This document shows, one piece after another, positions 20,446 through 30,986 of a stretch of DNA of 64,000 nt. Position 1 is the stretch's first letter. Every line of letters starts with the position of its first letter. Source of the DNA: an uncultured Acidobacteriota bacterium (GTDB lineage: Bacteria; Acidobacteriota; Terriglobia; Acidiferrales; UBA7541). The stretch lies in contig CAWFVW010000005.1 of NCBI GenBank assembly GCA_963819395.1, positions 1,461-65,460 of the forward strand, written 5' to 3'. A program made the position numbers and the translations under genes. A model generated the notes under the pieces. That model saw nothing but the letters and a program-made list of their open reading frames with translations. It did not search any database and had not been told where the DNA came from.

Positions 20446-21660
20446 AGGAATTTGCGAGAAGGCGCCGGCGACGGACGTCCTCTCATTTTACGAGTTGCCG
20501 CAACAGCCCTTCGACGTTACGCCGGACCCGGCTTACCTTTACTTCAGCCCGTCGCACCGCGACGCGCTGACTTCGCTTAAGGAAGGGATCGAAATTTCCG
20601 CGGATTCATGATGCTGGTCGCCGAGCCCGGCATGGGCAAGACGACTTTGCTGAACAAATTGATGGAGGAGCTGAGCGACACAGCGCGCGTCGTGTTCCTG
20701 TTTCAGACGCAATGCACCTCCCGGGAACTGCTCTGCTACATTTTGAATGAATTGGAAGTGGACCACACGGGGATGGACGCGGTTGCCATGCATCGCGCGC
20801 TGAACCAGGCCTTGCTCGAGGAAATGCTGCGCGGGCGCCGGTTCGTGCTGATCGTGGACGAAGCGCAAAACCTGCAGGAGCCGGTGCTGGAAACGATCCG
20901 CCTGCTGTCCGATTTTGAGACGACCCATTCGAAGCTGATTCAAATCGTTCTCGCGGGGCAACCGCAACTGGCGCAAACGCTCATGAAGGACAACCTCGTG
21001 CAGCTTCGCCAGCGCATCGCCGTTCTCGCGAATTTGCAAGCGCTGACCCCCGCAGAGACGGCGGCCTACATCGAGCACCGCCTGCGCGCCTCGGGCTGGA
21101 ACGACAAAATTATCTTCTCCAGCGACGCGCTGGACCAGATCGCGGAATCCAGCGGCGGCGTTCCCCGCAGGATCAATAATTTGTGCTTCAACGCGCTGCT
21201 CGAAGCCTTCCGCCGCAAATTGGAATTCGTCGACGCGGACATTGTGAGGACCGTGGCGGAGAAACTGAGCGTTGAGTCGCTGTTGCGGAAGCCGCAAGTG
21301 GAGCCGATTTCGCATCTTTCCGCCGGCGCAATGGATGCCCTCGGCACTTCACAACTCGCGCGCGCCCTGGCCTCCGCACTTAACCCGGAAGCCCAGCCGG
21401 CGGAATCGAGCTCCGAAACTTCCATCGATCCGAAGGCGAAACCCGACGTCGTGTTGAAAGGCAACCTCACGGAAAAAGTCAAAAGCCAGGGCTGGAGCAA
21501 GCATCACGAGTACCGGATCCTGGTCACTCTCGAACGCGATCCCGTCTCCGGCCTCCCCATCGCCGACCGCTACTATTGCTGCAGCATTTACATGGACGAA
21601 GCCCAGGCCGCCGGCCTGAATCCCGGCAAGCCCGTGCGGATCAAGATCGAGCAGGATTAA
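20432..21660 (+). CDS. ExeA/GspA-like AAA ATPase, with a -1 frameshift near 20600
   Basis: FYELPQQPFDVTPDPAYLYFSPSHRDALTSLKEGIE, then FMMLVAEPGMGKTTLL (Walker A), VDEAQNL (Walker B) and GVPRRINNLC. This is the ExeA-type AAA_22 architecture. The frames join at gaaatttccgcgg. Confidence 0.65.
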
Positions 21661-21760
21661 GTAGCACAGGCACTCTGCCTGTGCGGGGTTCGCTATTGCA
21701 GCTGAATCGGTCGTCCAAACGCAGCCTAGAAAACCGCACAGGCAGAGTGCCTGTGCTACA
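21661..21760. repeat. P1 palindromic element between convergent genes
   Basis: GTAGCACAGGCACTCTGCCTGTGCGGGGTT...AACCGCACAGGCAGAGTGCCTGTGCTAC is a 28-30-bp inverted repeat. Each arm is itself a hairpin (GCACAGGC-loop-GCCTGTGC). Confidence 0.7.
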
Positions 21761-21773
21761 AACTAGGCTGAAT

Positions 21774-24446
21774 TTACTTCGTCCCGGTGGGGACTTTCTG
21801 CTTCAATTCTTCAAACCAGTTCAGGACGACGTTGATTTGCGTCGCCGCGAAAGCTTGCTCGGCCGTCTTGACCATCAGAAACCGTTGCCCATCCGGCGAC
21901 ACGTCATAGATCGTGCCAACCTGCGGCCAGTCCTGCGTTAAGTACTGCCCCTCGAAGAGCAACCGGGGTTTGCCGGGGGAAAAGCCGGGCTGCGTCGTTA
22001 CATCCAGGGCCATCATCTTGTTGCCGCTGCGGTAAAATAGTTCCTTCCCATTGCGGTTCCAGGCCGGCTCCGCGCCTCCCTCGGTCGAGATTTGCCATTT
22101 CCCGCCGGGACCCGGGAACGGTTGCACGTAGACTTCGGGGCGCCCGGATTCATTCGAAACATAGGCGAGCCAGTGGCCGTCGGGGGAAAACATCGCGCCC
22201 CCTTCATTAAATGGAGTAACGAGAAAAGGCTGCGCCTTGTGGTCGCTCGTCCGCAGCGCCCAAATGTCCCTCCCCGTCTTGGGATTATTCTCATGGAAGG
22301 CCAGCAGTTGCCCATCTGGAGACCACGAGTTCGGAACTTGGAGGTGCTCGCTGGTGCTCAACCGCTCCAGCCCGCCACTCCCGTCTGCCCGTTGCCAAAA
22401 GATATTTCTCGCTCCTTCCTTGGTTGAACTGAACGCGATCCGCTTCCCGTCAGGGGTCCACCTTGGGTTTAGGTTTTGATCGCCCTCAAACGTAAACCGG
22501 GTCAAAGTGTCCCGGGCGAGATCGTAAAGCCAGATTTGATTGTTTATTTCCGCCGCGACGCGCCGGCCGTCGGGAGAAAGCTTGACTTCTCCCCGGTAGT
22601 CCTGTGGCGGGGCAGGCAAAGTCTGCTCCGCGCCGTTGCGGCTGACCCACACCATTTTCCGTTGATTTCCTTGAGAGGTTCCCGAAACGTAGACCAATGA
22701 GCCGGTGTCGGAAATGCTGTACTGGCTCGATCCATAGAACGGGGAATAGGTAACGCCCTCGACCACGGGAACCGGCGCGCCCTTGATCTCCAGCCGTCGC
22801 GGATCAAAGGGCACGGCCATCAGAGTCGCCCCTTGCGCATAGATCAGATGACCGGAAGTGGCGTAGTGAGGTTGCGTCCCGCCAACCAGGCTGCGTCGCT
22901 CTCCCGTTGCCATCAACTGGACAAAAATGTGCCCGTCAGTGTTGCCCGAACTTCCGCCCGCAAAGAGCACGGCCTTGCCGCCGGGCAAGAACTGCGGCCA
23001 TATTTGGTAGTTTTCCCCTTTTTCGAAATGACCCAGCGGCTGCGGGGCGCCTCCCGCGTCCACCACTTGCAGGAGGGACGAACCTGTTCCTACCGGGTCG
23101 AAGGCGATTGTCCCCTGGCCGCTCCAACTGGCTCCGAGGGGGTTCCCTGCATCGGCGAGGGTCACGGTCGCTCCCCCGTTCACTGAGATCTTCTTCAGCT
23201 TTCCGCCTGCGAAGAAACCGATCCATTGGCCGTCAGGAGAGAAGAAAGGTTCGCTGGCTCCCTCCGTGCCGGAGATCGGCCGGAATTCCTGGCTATCCAT
23301 CGGATGCAGAAAAATCTGGATGGTAGCGCCTCGGGAGGCGGCATAGGCAAGTTGTTTTCCATCGGAAGAAAGTGCCAGCACGGTCTGGTTAGGCCCCACA
23401 AGCCGGTCGCCAGGCGGGAGATTGATGACCGCGCGAGTGACGGGCTTTGGAGGCGCGGGCTTCAAAATCCACACGGCGAAACCGGAAATCGCGGCAGCGG
23501 CCAGGCAAGCCAGTCCCGCGAGAAATGCCCAACCGCGCAATGTGCGAGCGCGCTCTGCGGTTGCGGCCGCGGGCGCTGCCGTGGACGCGGCGCTTTCCGC
23601 AATCCACTTCAGCTCGCGGCACAGATCGGCGGCGTTTTGCCATCGGTCATCGGGTTCCTTTTCCATGCAAGTCTTGACGACGCGGTCCAAGGCGGGCGGC
23701 GTGACGGGCTGGAGCGAAGAGATCGCCGGCGGCTCATCTTCAAAATTGCCGCCATCACGCTGGCGGAAGATTTTCCTTCAAACGCCTTCTTGCCCGTGGC
23801 CATTTCGTAGACCACCGCGCCGAAGGCAAAGATATCCGTGCGGGCATCCACTTCCTTGGCTTCGACTTGCTCCGGGGCCATGTATTGCAGCGTGCCGAGG
23901 ATCGTTCCTTCGCCTGTGATCCGCCTTTCATCGTCACAAGCTGCGATTCTGGAGTAGCCGGAGCGGCTTCCTGCTTCAGCTTCGCCAAACCGAAATCGAG
24001 CAACTTCGTGCCGGACTTGGTGAGCATGACGTTGCCGGGTTTCAGATCGCGGTGGGTGATGCCTTTGCGATGCGCCTTGTCGAGCGCGTCGGCGATTTCG
24101 ATGGCGTATTGCAAGACCTGTTGAATCGGCAGCGGGCCTTTCTGCAATCGCTGCGCGAGCGTTTCGCCCTCGATATATTCCATCACCAGAAAATCGATGT
24201 CGTCTTGGTGGCCCGTGTCGAAGAGCGTGCAGATGTGTGGATGATTCAGGCTGGCGATGGTTTTTGCTTCGCGCTCGAAGCGCTCGCGCAATTCGCGCGG
24301 TCGGCGAGATGAGTGGGCAGAACTTTGATCGCGACGGTACGATCGAGGCGCGTGTCGCGGGCTTTGTACACCTCGCCCATTCCGCCCGCGCCTATGGCAG
24401 AGAGGATTTCGTAGGGCCCTAGACGCTTGCCGGGGAGAATCGCCAT
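21774..24446 (-). pseudogene. Ser/Thr protein kinase fused to a TM segment and a TolB-like (PD40) beta-propeller; kinase domain broken by about 3 frameshifts
   Basis: Pieces: 24446-24246 (GxGxxG loop, [23 protein letters not shown]...VAIKVL); 24291-23755 (HRDLKPGNVML...DFGLA); 23881-23609 (APEQ...DIFAFGAVVYEMATG); 23690-21774 (juxtamembrane, TM GWAFLAGLACLAAAAISGFAVWIL, then repeated SPDG/PD40-like beta-propeller blades). Confidence 0.65.
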
Positions 24447-24734
24447 GGGTCTCCTGCCAAGTTTAAGTTGGCAGAGTATAACGCATGAGCTAACGCCGGG
24501 GCAGTGTTATTGGCCGGGAACAAGCGGGCCGAAGGAGTCTGTGTGATGACTCAAGCGCGGGTGGTGAGAGAGCATTTTGGGTGCCGCACCCTTTGAGTCT
24601 CTCAAAGGGTGGGGGTTTAAATTCAATCATATCGGGGATGTTGGGATGGCGTGGGCCGAAAATCCCCACCCTTGCAGAACCCGCAAGGATGGGGCACCGG
24701 GCTAAGGAAAGGCCGAACCCACGCGCGGACCCCC

Positions 24735-24799
24735 AGTGGAAAAGGCTTCAGCCTGTGGGCTTTGGGTTAGATGGCCCAAACCGCACAGGCTGTTCCACT
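24735..24799. repeat. P1-family long imperfect hairpin
   Basis: AGTGGAAAAGGCTTCAGCCTGTGGGCTTTGGGTT-agatgg-CCCAAACCGCACAGGCTGTTCCACT. Confidence 0.5.
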
Positions 24800-24880
24800 T
24801 AAAACACTGCCTCAGAGTATTTTTGCGATTTTCCTAGTGGCAAAAAAAGCTTACGTGCACTCTATCGTGAGAATTCCGGG

Positions 24881-25216
24881 TTAGAACTTCGTGACGGTGT
24901 CGTCGGGATCGGAAGAGACAAACTCGCTGATCACGACTTCCTCTTCGCGCATGAAGGGCTGGCGCTCGCAATGGGAGAGGAATTCGACGAGCGCCTGCTG
25001 GAACAGGGGAGTCTCGCTTTCGCGAAGGGCGTCGATCGAAGCCCACGTGGAGACCACGGTCGCTTCCAATTCTCCCGGGCCGCTGCGCAGCACGAGGCAG
25101 CCGCGGAACCCGGGCTGACGCCGCAGAAGCGGCATCATGTCATGGGCGGCGAGTATAAACTTCTCGACCTGTTCGGGAAGAATTTTTAGTTTCCAGACCC
25201 TCGCATACATGTGCAC
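24881..25216 (-). CDS. antibiotic-biosynthesis-monooxygenase (ABM/Dabb) domain protein
   Basis: 111 aa ferredoxin-like ABM fold (MYARVWKLKILPEQVEKFI...GFRGCLVLRS...EATVVSTWASIDAL). Confidence 0.7.
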   Translation of the reverse strand: MHMYARVWKLKILPEQVEKFILAAHDMMPLLRRQPGFRGCLVLRSGPGELEATVVSTWASIDALRESETPLFQQALVEFLSHCERQPFMREEEVVISEFVSSDPDDTVTKF

Positions 25217-25342
25217 CTCCGAGCGGGCCAGGGTGAAGGATGGGGTGACCGATCTTACGCTCCGGTCGAGCCCATGTAAATCGAAAGTCGTGTCGGCACT
25301 TCTGCCGTTGATGCGTGCGCCTCGGCATTTCTTAAACTGATC

Positions 25343-26745
25343 TTATGCGATGAATTGCCGGGGATGCATCCGCTCGTAGTCAATTCTGTACGGGCGATAG
25401 GTCGCTCGAATCGTGAACAACATTAAAGCGGAGGCTGCGCCGATAGTGATGGCAAGCGATTGCCCGACCATTTTTTCGTTTCGAAACACGTAGTCGTTCA
25501 AGAGTCCGGGAAGCAAAGGGCCCAGGCTGAGGCCGCCCATGTTAAGAATCAGAAGGAAAGAGAGCCGACACCTGGCCTCGCACCTGGTTCGGGAAAATGA
25601 ATTGGATGGCGGCATAAGAACTCCCAATCGGGAGAGCGAGAAAGAAAAGCCCGGGAGCAGCCAGGAGCAATGTCCAACCAGCTTGTTTCGCCGTCATTGC
25701 GAATACAAATAGAATTCCGGCTCCAATGGCGCTGACTACGGCAACGCGGAGCGGGGCTTCCAAGACGCCCTTTTTTTGCCAGTGATCGCACAGCCGGCCA
25801 CCGGCGGACATTCCGAGGCACCCGAATACAAGGATGATCAAACCAAGGGCCCGGCCGGATTGCCCTGCAGACCAGCCGTGGATTCTTTGCAGAAATGCGG
25901 GAGCCCAGCCAAAAAAGCATAAGCGCCCATCGACTGGAAGACCATCCCCACGGATATTCCCAGAAACGACTGCCATCGCTTTCTCAACTCCGCGACAACT
26001 TCACGGAGCTTGCAAGCGAACTGGAGTGCCGTCCGATGCCCGCAGCAGCTGGCGCCGAATGGGTTCACGCACCGTGTAGAGCAGCAGCGCGAATCGCCAG
26101 GCCGGGCGCGCCCACGATCAGAAACGTGAAACGCCATGGGGCGACCGCACCCAGGAGAGGCAGTGTAACCGCGGGCATTCGCGTCACTGCGTCCACCACC
26201 GAGCCGCCTGCGATCAGCGCGAGGCCTGAACCGATGAAAATGCCCATGGAATAGACGCTCAGCGCCCCGCCAAGTTTTTCTTTTGGAAAATAGTCTGTGA
26301 TGAGCGAAAAGGCGGAAGGTGAGAGAGTCGCTTCGCCGACGCCTACTCCCATGCGCGCCAGGAACAGCGACCAGAAACTTCTTGCCGCGCTGCAAGCGCC
26401 TGTGAGGAAGCTCCACAGGACGACCCCGACGATAATCACATTGCGGCGGTTGCGAGTGTCCGCGAGCCGGCCGAGCGGCAAACCCATCAGGCCATAAAAC
26501 AACGCAAACGCGAAGCCTTGCAGAAGTCCGATGCGTGTATCGCTGAGCGCAAGGTCACGCTTCATCGGTCCGACCAGCAAGCTGAGAATTTGCCTGTCGA
26601 CAAACGACAGCGTGTAACAAACCATCAGAATCAGCACTACGTACCACGCGTAGCGAAGGCTGGGCTCGTTTCCTGTCGACATGAAAGAAGGCGCGGCGGT
26701 TTCCGAGGACAGGGCTAACGCCGCAGCTCGCTCGGATGATTTCAT
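25343..26745 (-). pseudogene. MFS transporter with 2 or more frameshifts
   Basis: The N-terminal half (26745-26065) has MFS TM1-6 and the GLPLGRLADTRNRRN motif. The C-terminal half is split between ORFs 25976-25542 and 25627-25343. Confidence 0.6.
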
Positions 26746-26884
26746 TTGTGGCGGAAGCGAATTCTATCAGGCGGCGCCTGTTCCCCATCAGGAAATGTTG
26801 CGGCGGGGAGCAAAGGCGGTATTTTGAATGCACGTTGCGAAATTTCGTTGTAGCGTCCGTCCGCCGCGGCGGACGGGCAATCGG

Positions 26885-26918
26885 AATCAAGAAAATGCCC
26901 GCCTGAAGGCGGGCGCTA
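26885..26918 (-). terminator. rho-independent terminator of the M28 peptidase gene (minus strand)
   Basis: On the minus strand: GCGCCCGCC-ttca-GGCGGGC, followed by ATTTTCTTG. Confidence 0.55.
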
Positions 26919-26925
26919 CACCAAT

Positions 26926-29190
26926 TTACCGCGCGGGCTGTTCCAGCTCTGCCGCTGCGGAATTGATTAGCGCGCTCTCGCTGTCTAAAACGGCCGCGAC
27001 TCGCACCATCTCGGAATCAGCTTCCGCCCAAAATTTTTCTTCGATTGCTTCTCGAATGCCGGGCAGCGTTTTGACGCCGTAGCCGGAATAAACGCCGGGG
27101 GCATAAAGCATGTGTCTGTACCACGGGCGCCGGAGTATGCCTTCCGAAGTGGTCAAGCGGCGTTCGCTATCCATCAGTTTTCGATTCAGGTTCTGAAGTG
27201 TGGCGGCGGAAACGCCGGCGGGCCATGCTTTCTTCAGAGCCGCCTGATAACGCTCCGCGCTGTGCGTGAGTGTATCGGCGGCATTGTCCAGAGGCGCGAA
27301 ATTCAAATAGGGTGGGACGTCCACGTGCGGCGGGGACGATTTGGGGCGGCGCGGGTCATTCGTGGCGGTGAAAAGGCCTTCCTCGATTTCCTTGTTTCGC
27401 TCGGTCAATTCAGCCCTCTCGTCTTCCGCCAGTTTTTTCAGCTGTTTTTGATAGAGGTGAATCGTGTCGGCGAGGTCCGTGAATTCAAAGGGGAGCAGGT
27501 CAGCGTCCGCCAGGCGCATCACGGCCGTTCCGGCAGTTTGCGAAAGCGCGCGGCCATAGACAAAGTCCGTGTCGGCAAAATGGGTGTACCAGTAGAAATC
27601 GTCATACGCCGAATGATAGATGCCCGAAGTGTCTTCGCCTCCATACGAAATGTTTAAAGAAGCCACGCCGATGTGATCGAGGAAGGCCGTGTAGTCGGAG
27701 CCGGAGCCGAGCGCCTCGATGCGCAGATCGGCGCGCTGCCGCAATTCCTTGCGATCGTCTTCCGTTCTAGCCTGCTCGATCTGGCGCAACTGGGCGCGGC
27801 GCGAGACGGCAAGCTTTGTTTCCGGGTCCTGGATATCGCGAGCGACATCGTTCACCAGATGTTCGAGGGTGTGGGAGCCTTCGACTTCGAGGTAGCCGCG
27901 TCCATTGCCGTCGCTGTTGATGTACGCGACGGCATGCTGCGCGAGGTCTTTGTCGTGCTCCTCCACCCATTCCGTCGAGCCGAGCAGCATGGGCTCCTCG
28001 GCGTCCCACGAGCAGTAAATGAGCGTACGCTTGGGCTTCCAACCCTGCTTCATCAATTCACCGATGGCGCGCGCTTCTTCCAGCAAGGCCACTTGCCCGG
28101 AGGTCGGGTCCTGCGCACCGTTCACCCAGGCGTCGTGATGATTGCCTCGAATCACCCATTCCTCGGGAAATTGCGCGCCGGGAATTCTGGCAATCACGTC
28201 GTAAATTTCCTTCATGTCCCAATTAAAATTCACCTTGAGATGAACTTTCGTTTTGCCCGGGCCGACGTGATAAGAAATCGGCAGCCCGCCGCGCCATTCT
28301 TTCGGCGCTATCGGTCCTTCGAGGGCGGCAAGCAGCGGCTGCGCGTCGCTATAGGAAATGGGCAGATCGGGGATCTTGGTGAGTCCTGGTGCGTCTTTGA
28401 TAGCCAGACGCTTGGCCTCGGCTGTGGCGCCCACACCGGGGGTAAGCGGATCGCCCGGGCTTGTGGATGGAAAATCCAGCACGCTGCCGCGCTGCACGCC
28501 ATCGGGAGGGCGCATGGGGCCCTGCGGGAAAACATTGTCCACGGAATAGCCATCGTCGGCAGGGTCGGAATAAATCAGACAGCCAATCGCGCCGTGCTCG
28601 GCGGCGACCTTGGGCTTGATGCCGCGCCAGGAATTGCCATACTTGGCGATGACGATGGCGCCTTTCACGGAAACTCCAAGGCGCTCGAGCTGCTCGTAGT
28701 CTCTGGGCAGGCCGTAATTGACGAAAACCAGTGGGGCCGTCACATCTCCGTCGATGGAGTACGCGTTGTAGCTGGGCAACTGCTCACTTTGCTGGTTGCT
28801 GGTCGGATCGACGGAGAGCGGCGGCTCCTGCAATTTTGCGGTGAAGCGCGTGGGCGCGACCATCTCGAGCACACGTTCCTTGGGCGTGGGGTAAAGGACA
28901 GTGAAGGTTTCGATTTTGGCGTCCCAGCCCCATTCTTTGTACTTGGAAAGAATCCACTCCGCGTTTTCCTTGTCGTAGGCCGATCCGACATTGTGCGGGC
29001 GCGCGCTCAGCCGGCGCATGTACTCGCGCTGGTTGTCCGGACTGGGGATAGCACGGAATTTTGTTTCCCAATCGCGTTCCGTCGCGGAATTCGCGCGAGT
29101 GAATCCTTGCAGAGGTTCGTCCTCCGCGCCGGTGGAAACGAGACCAAACAGGAAGACGAACAGAATCCCCGTGATCGCCATGCGTCGCAT
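26926..29190 (-). CDS. M28-family peptidase of the glutamate carboxypeptidase II / transferrin-receptor-like type, with PA and TfR-dimer domains; secreted
   Basis: 754 aa. Signal peptide, PA-domain region, M28 zinc-ligand region (...HHDAWVNGAQDPTSG...CSWDAEE...) and a C-terminal helical dimerisation domain. Confidence 0.85.
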   Translation of the reverse strand: MRRMAITGILFVFLFGLVSTGAEDEPLQGFTRANSATERDWETKFRAIPSPDNQREYMRRLSARPHNVGSAYDKENAEWILSKYKEWGWDAKIETFTVLYPTPKERVLEMVAPTRFTAKLQEPPLSVDPTSNQQSEQLPSYNAYSIDGDVTAPLVFVNYGLPRDYEQLERLGVSVKGAIVIAKYGNSWRGIKPKVAAEHGAIGCLIYSDPADDGYSVDNVFPQGPMRPPDGVQRGSVLDFPSTSPGDPLTPGVGATAEAKRLAIKDAPGLTKIPDLPISYSDAQPLLAALEGPIAPKEWRGGLPISYHVGPGKTKVHLKVNFNWDMKEIYDVIARIPGAQFPEEWVIRGNHHDAWVNGAQDPTSGQVALLEEARAIGELMKQGWKPKRTLIYCSWDAEEPMLLGSTEWVEEHDKDLAQHAVAYINSDGNGRGYLEVEGSHTLEHLVNDVARDIQDPETKLAVSRRAQLRQIEQARTEDDRKELRQRADLRIEALGSGSDYTAFLDHIGVASLNISYGGEDTSGIYHSAYDDFYWYTHFADTDFVYGRALSQTAGTAVMRLADADLLPFEFTDLADTIHLYQKQLKKLAEDERAELTERNKEIEEGLFTATNDPRRPKSSPPHVDVPPYLNFAPLDNAADTLTHSAERYQAALKKAWPAGVSAATLQNLNRKLMDSERRLTTSEGILRRPWYRHMLYAPGVYSGYGVKTLPGIREAIEEKFWAEADSEMVRVAAVLDSESALINSAAAELEQPAR

Positions 29191-29317
29191 CGGTGCACCT
29201 GACTTTCTTATTTTGGCTGCCGCCCCGGCAGTCCGTGGGAGGGAAGCTTACTGCAAAAAAATCGCGGCACCAAGCCTGCCGATTTCTACGCACTGAATCA
29301 AATTGAAAAGGGACGTG

Positions 29318-29420
29318 CCCTCTCCGTCCCGAAGAGCACGGGACGGAGAGGCCTCTACAAAACCGCAACGCCAATTCGAAATCGGTTTTGTAGCGGCCGC
29401 CCGTTTTTAGGGCGGGCAGC
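29318..29420. repeat. R4 triple-hairpin element, copy b
   Basis: CCTCTCCGTCCC-gaagagca-GGGACGGAGAGG; CCTCTACAAAACCG-loop-CGGTTTTGTAGCGG; CCGCCCG-ttttta-GGGCGGG. Compensatory A-T to G-C changes relative to copy a. Confidence 0.6.
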
Positions 29421-29480
29421 ACTTCACAGCCACTGCAATTTTAACCGATGCATTACCGGTTCCTCGAAATCAGACGCCCC

Positions 29481-30374
29481 TCAGGTATTTCCGGTTTGCT
29501 TGGCGTTGAATTGGCCCATGAGCATCAAACTACGTTGCGAAAAGGGGAGATAGAGTAGCGCCGCAGTCGCGGCGAGCGCCAGGCCCACGCCGATTTCATC
29601 CACCAGCAGAAACGGCGCCAGGGCCCAAAGTTCGTCGAGTATGATCACAAAAGGAAACAAGCGAAGAAATTTCACGGGCAAACGGCGATAGCCAAAAATG
29701 GCAGCGGAGAGGAGATATAGTCGGAGAGGGATTCCAACCAGAGCGGTCACAAGGAGAAGCGTCAAGATCCAATTGGGATGTGTAACCGACTGGGAAAGCA
29801 CGGGTTGCACCCACCGCAGCCTCGCGAACGAGATCACATAGAAGAACAGATACATCACCTGGATGAGCGAAAAAAGGAATTGGATGACGCCGCGAGGGGC
29901 GTCGGGCAGGTCGTGCGCATCGCTGAGCATGAAATTGCGGCTTTCGGTGGAACTCGTCGCGGGCCCCGCCTCAGTGCCGAGGATGTTCCCCTGTTTGGAT
30001 GCCGCGGAAGCCGATGCACCGTCTCCCACGACTTCCACAGAGGCGATAAAGCGGTAGCCGCGGCGGGGAATCGTCTGGATGAATCGCGGATTATCGGCCG
30101 AATCGTTCAGGGCTTCGCGCACCTTGTTGACCGCTGTGTTAAGGCTATGGTCGGAATCGACAAACGTGTCCGTGGGCCAGAGCAGCAGCCGCAGTTGGTC
30201 CCGCGTCACCACATCGTCCGCACGGGAGAGAAGGTAGAGGAGAACCTCGAGCGGCTGGCCCTGCAGGCGGGGGCGCAGCACGCCCTCCTTGCGCAATTCT
30301 CCCGTGCCGCTGTCCAGCTCATACAAGCCGAAACGGAAAATGGATTTTGGATTGACTGGCGCAGGTTCCGACAC
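29481..30374 (-). CDS. membrane-bound winged-helix (OmpR/CadC-type) transcriptional regulator
   Basis: N-terminal trans_reg_C domain (FRFGLYELDSGTGELRKEGVLRPRLQGQPLEVLLYLLSRADDVVTRDQL...IQTIPRRGYRF), then a linker and 3-4 C-terminal TM helices. Confidence 0.7.
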   Translation of the reverse strand: MSEPAPVNPKSIFRFGLYELDSGTGELRKEGVLRPRLQGQPLEVLLYLLSRADDVVTRDQLRLLLWPTDTFVDSDHSLNTAVNKVREALNDSADNPRFIQTIPRRGYRFIASVEVVGDGASASAASKQGNILGTEAGPATSSTESRNFMLSDAHDLPDAPRGVIQFLFSLIQVMYLFFYVISFARLRWVQPVLSQSVTHPNWILTLLLVTALVGIPLRLYLLSAAIFGYRRLPVKFLRLFPFVIILDELWALAPFLLVDEIGVGLALAATAALLYLPFSQRSLMLMGQFNAKQTGNT

Positions 30375-30450
30375 TTGCTCACCTATGGAAATCTCTCTTC
30401 ATTCTAAATGATGTCCATTGTTAAGAGGAATACTTTATTGAGGTTACGGA

Positions 30451-30879
30451 ATGATAAGGATTCGATTTCTTTTGAGGCATCGTGCATTGCATGCAGGTTT
30501 CGACGTCGATCAAATGATCGACACCTTCGGCGGATTTTTCCTGGTGGGAGGGCTGGCGATCTCGGGCTTCATCGATAAGAGGATCGCACTCGGAGTGTTC
30601 GTCGCTTTCCTGATGCTCTCGGTCCAGGTTTATCTGGCGACTTACACGGTGGGAACTTTTGAACTTTCGTTTGCAAAATTTGGACCCACGGAAATCCGGA
30701 TTCTGCTGGCGCTCGGAAATATTGCGTTGTGGTTTCATCCGGATGCGCGGATCTTCGGCTCGTCCTGCCGGATTTTTGACGTGGGGGGAATCGTCGCGAT
30801 TGCGGGAATGTCTGTGATGCTGGTCGTTTCCACAATTTTCAATACAGTGAAACTCTATCGCGCGGAGACGCTGCGCTAG
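30451..30879 (+). CDS. hypothetical integral membrane protein
   Basis: 142 aa with 4 predicted TM segments. No motif assigned. Confidence 0.4.
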   Translation: MIRIRFLLRHRALHAGFDVDQMIDTFGGFFLVGGLAISGFIDKRIALGVFVAFLMLSVQVYLATYTVGTFELSFAKFGPTEIRILLALGNIALWFHPDARIFGSSCRIFDVGGIVAIAGMSVMLVVSTIFNTVKLYRAETLR

Positions 30880-30986
30880 GAAAATTGTCGCGAGCTAAAG
30901 TCGCGCGGCGCTCGCCGCGCGATTCGCTTGACAATACCTCCGGCCGTGTCGCAGCATCGCAGTTAACCCCGAGAGGAGTTACCATC

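Noticed and set aside
27673-29202. 509-aa plus-strand ORF opposite the M28 peptidase
   Set aside because: Antisense artefact.
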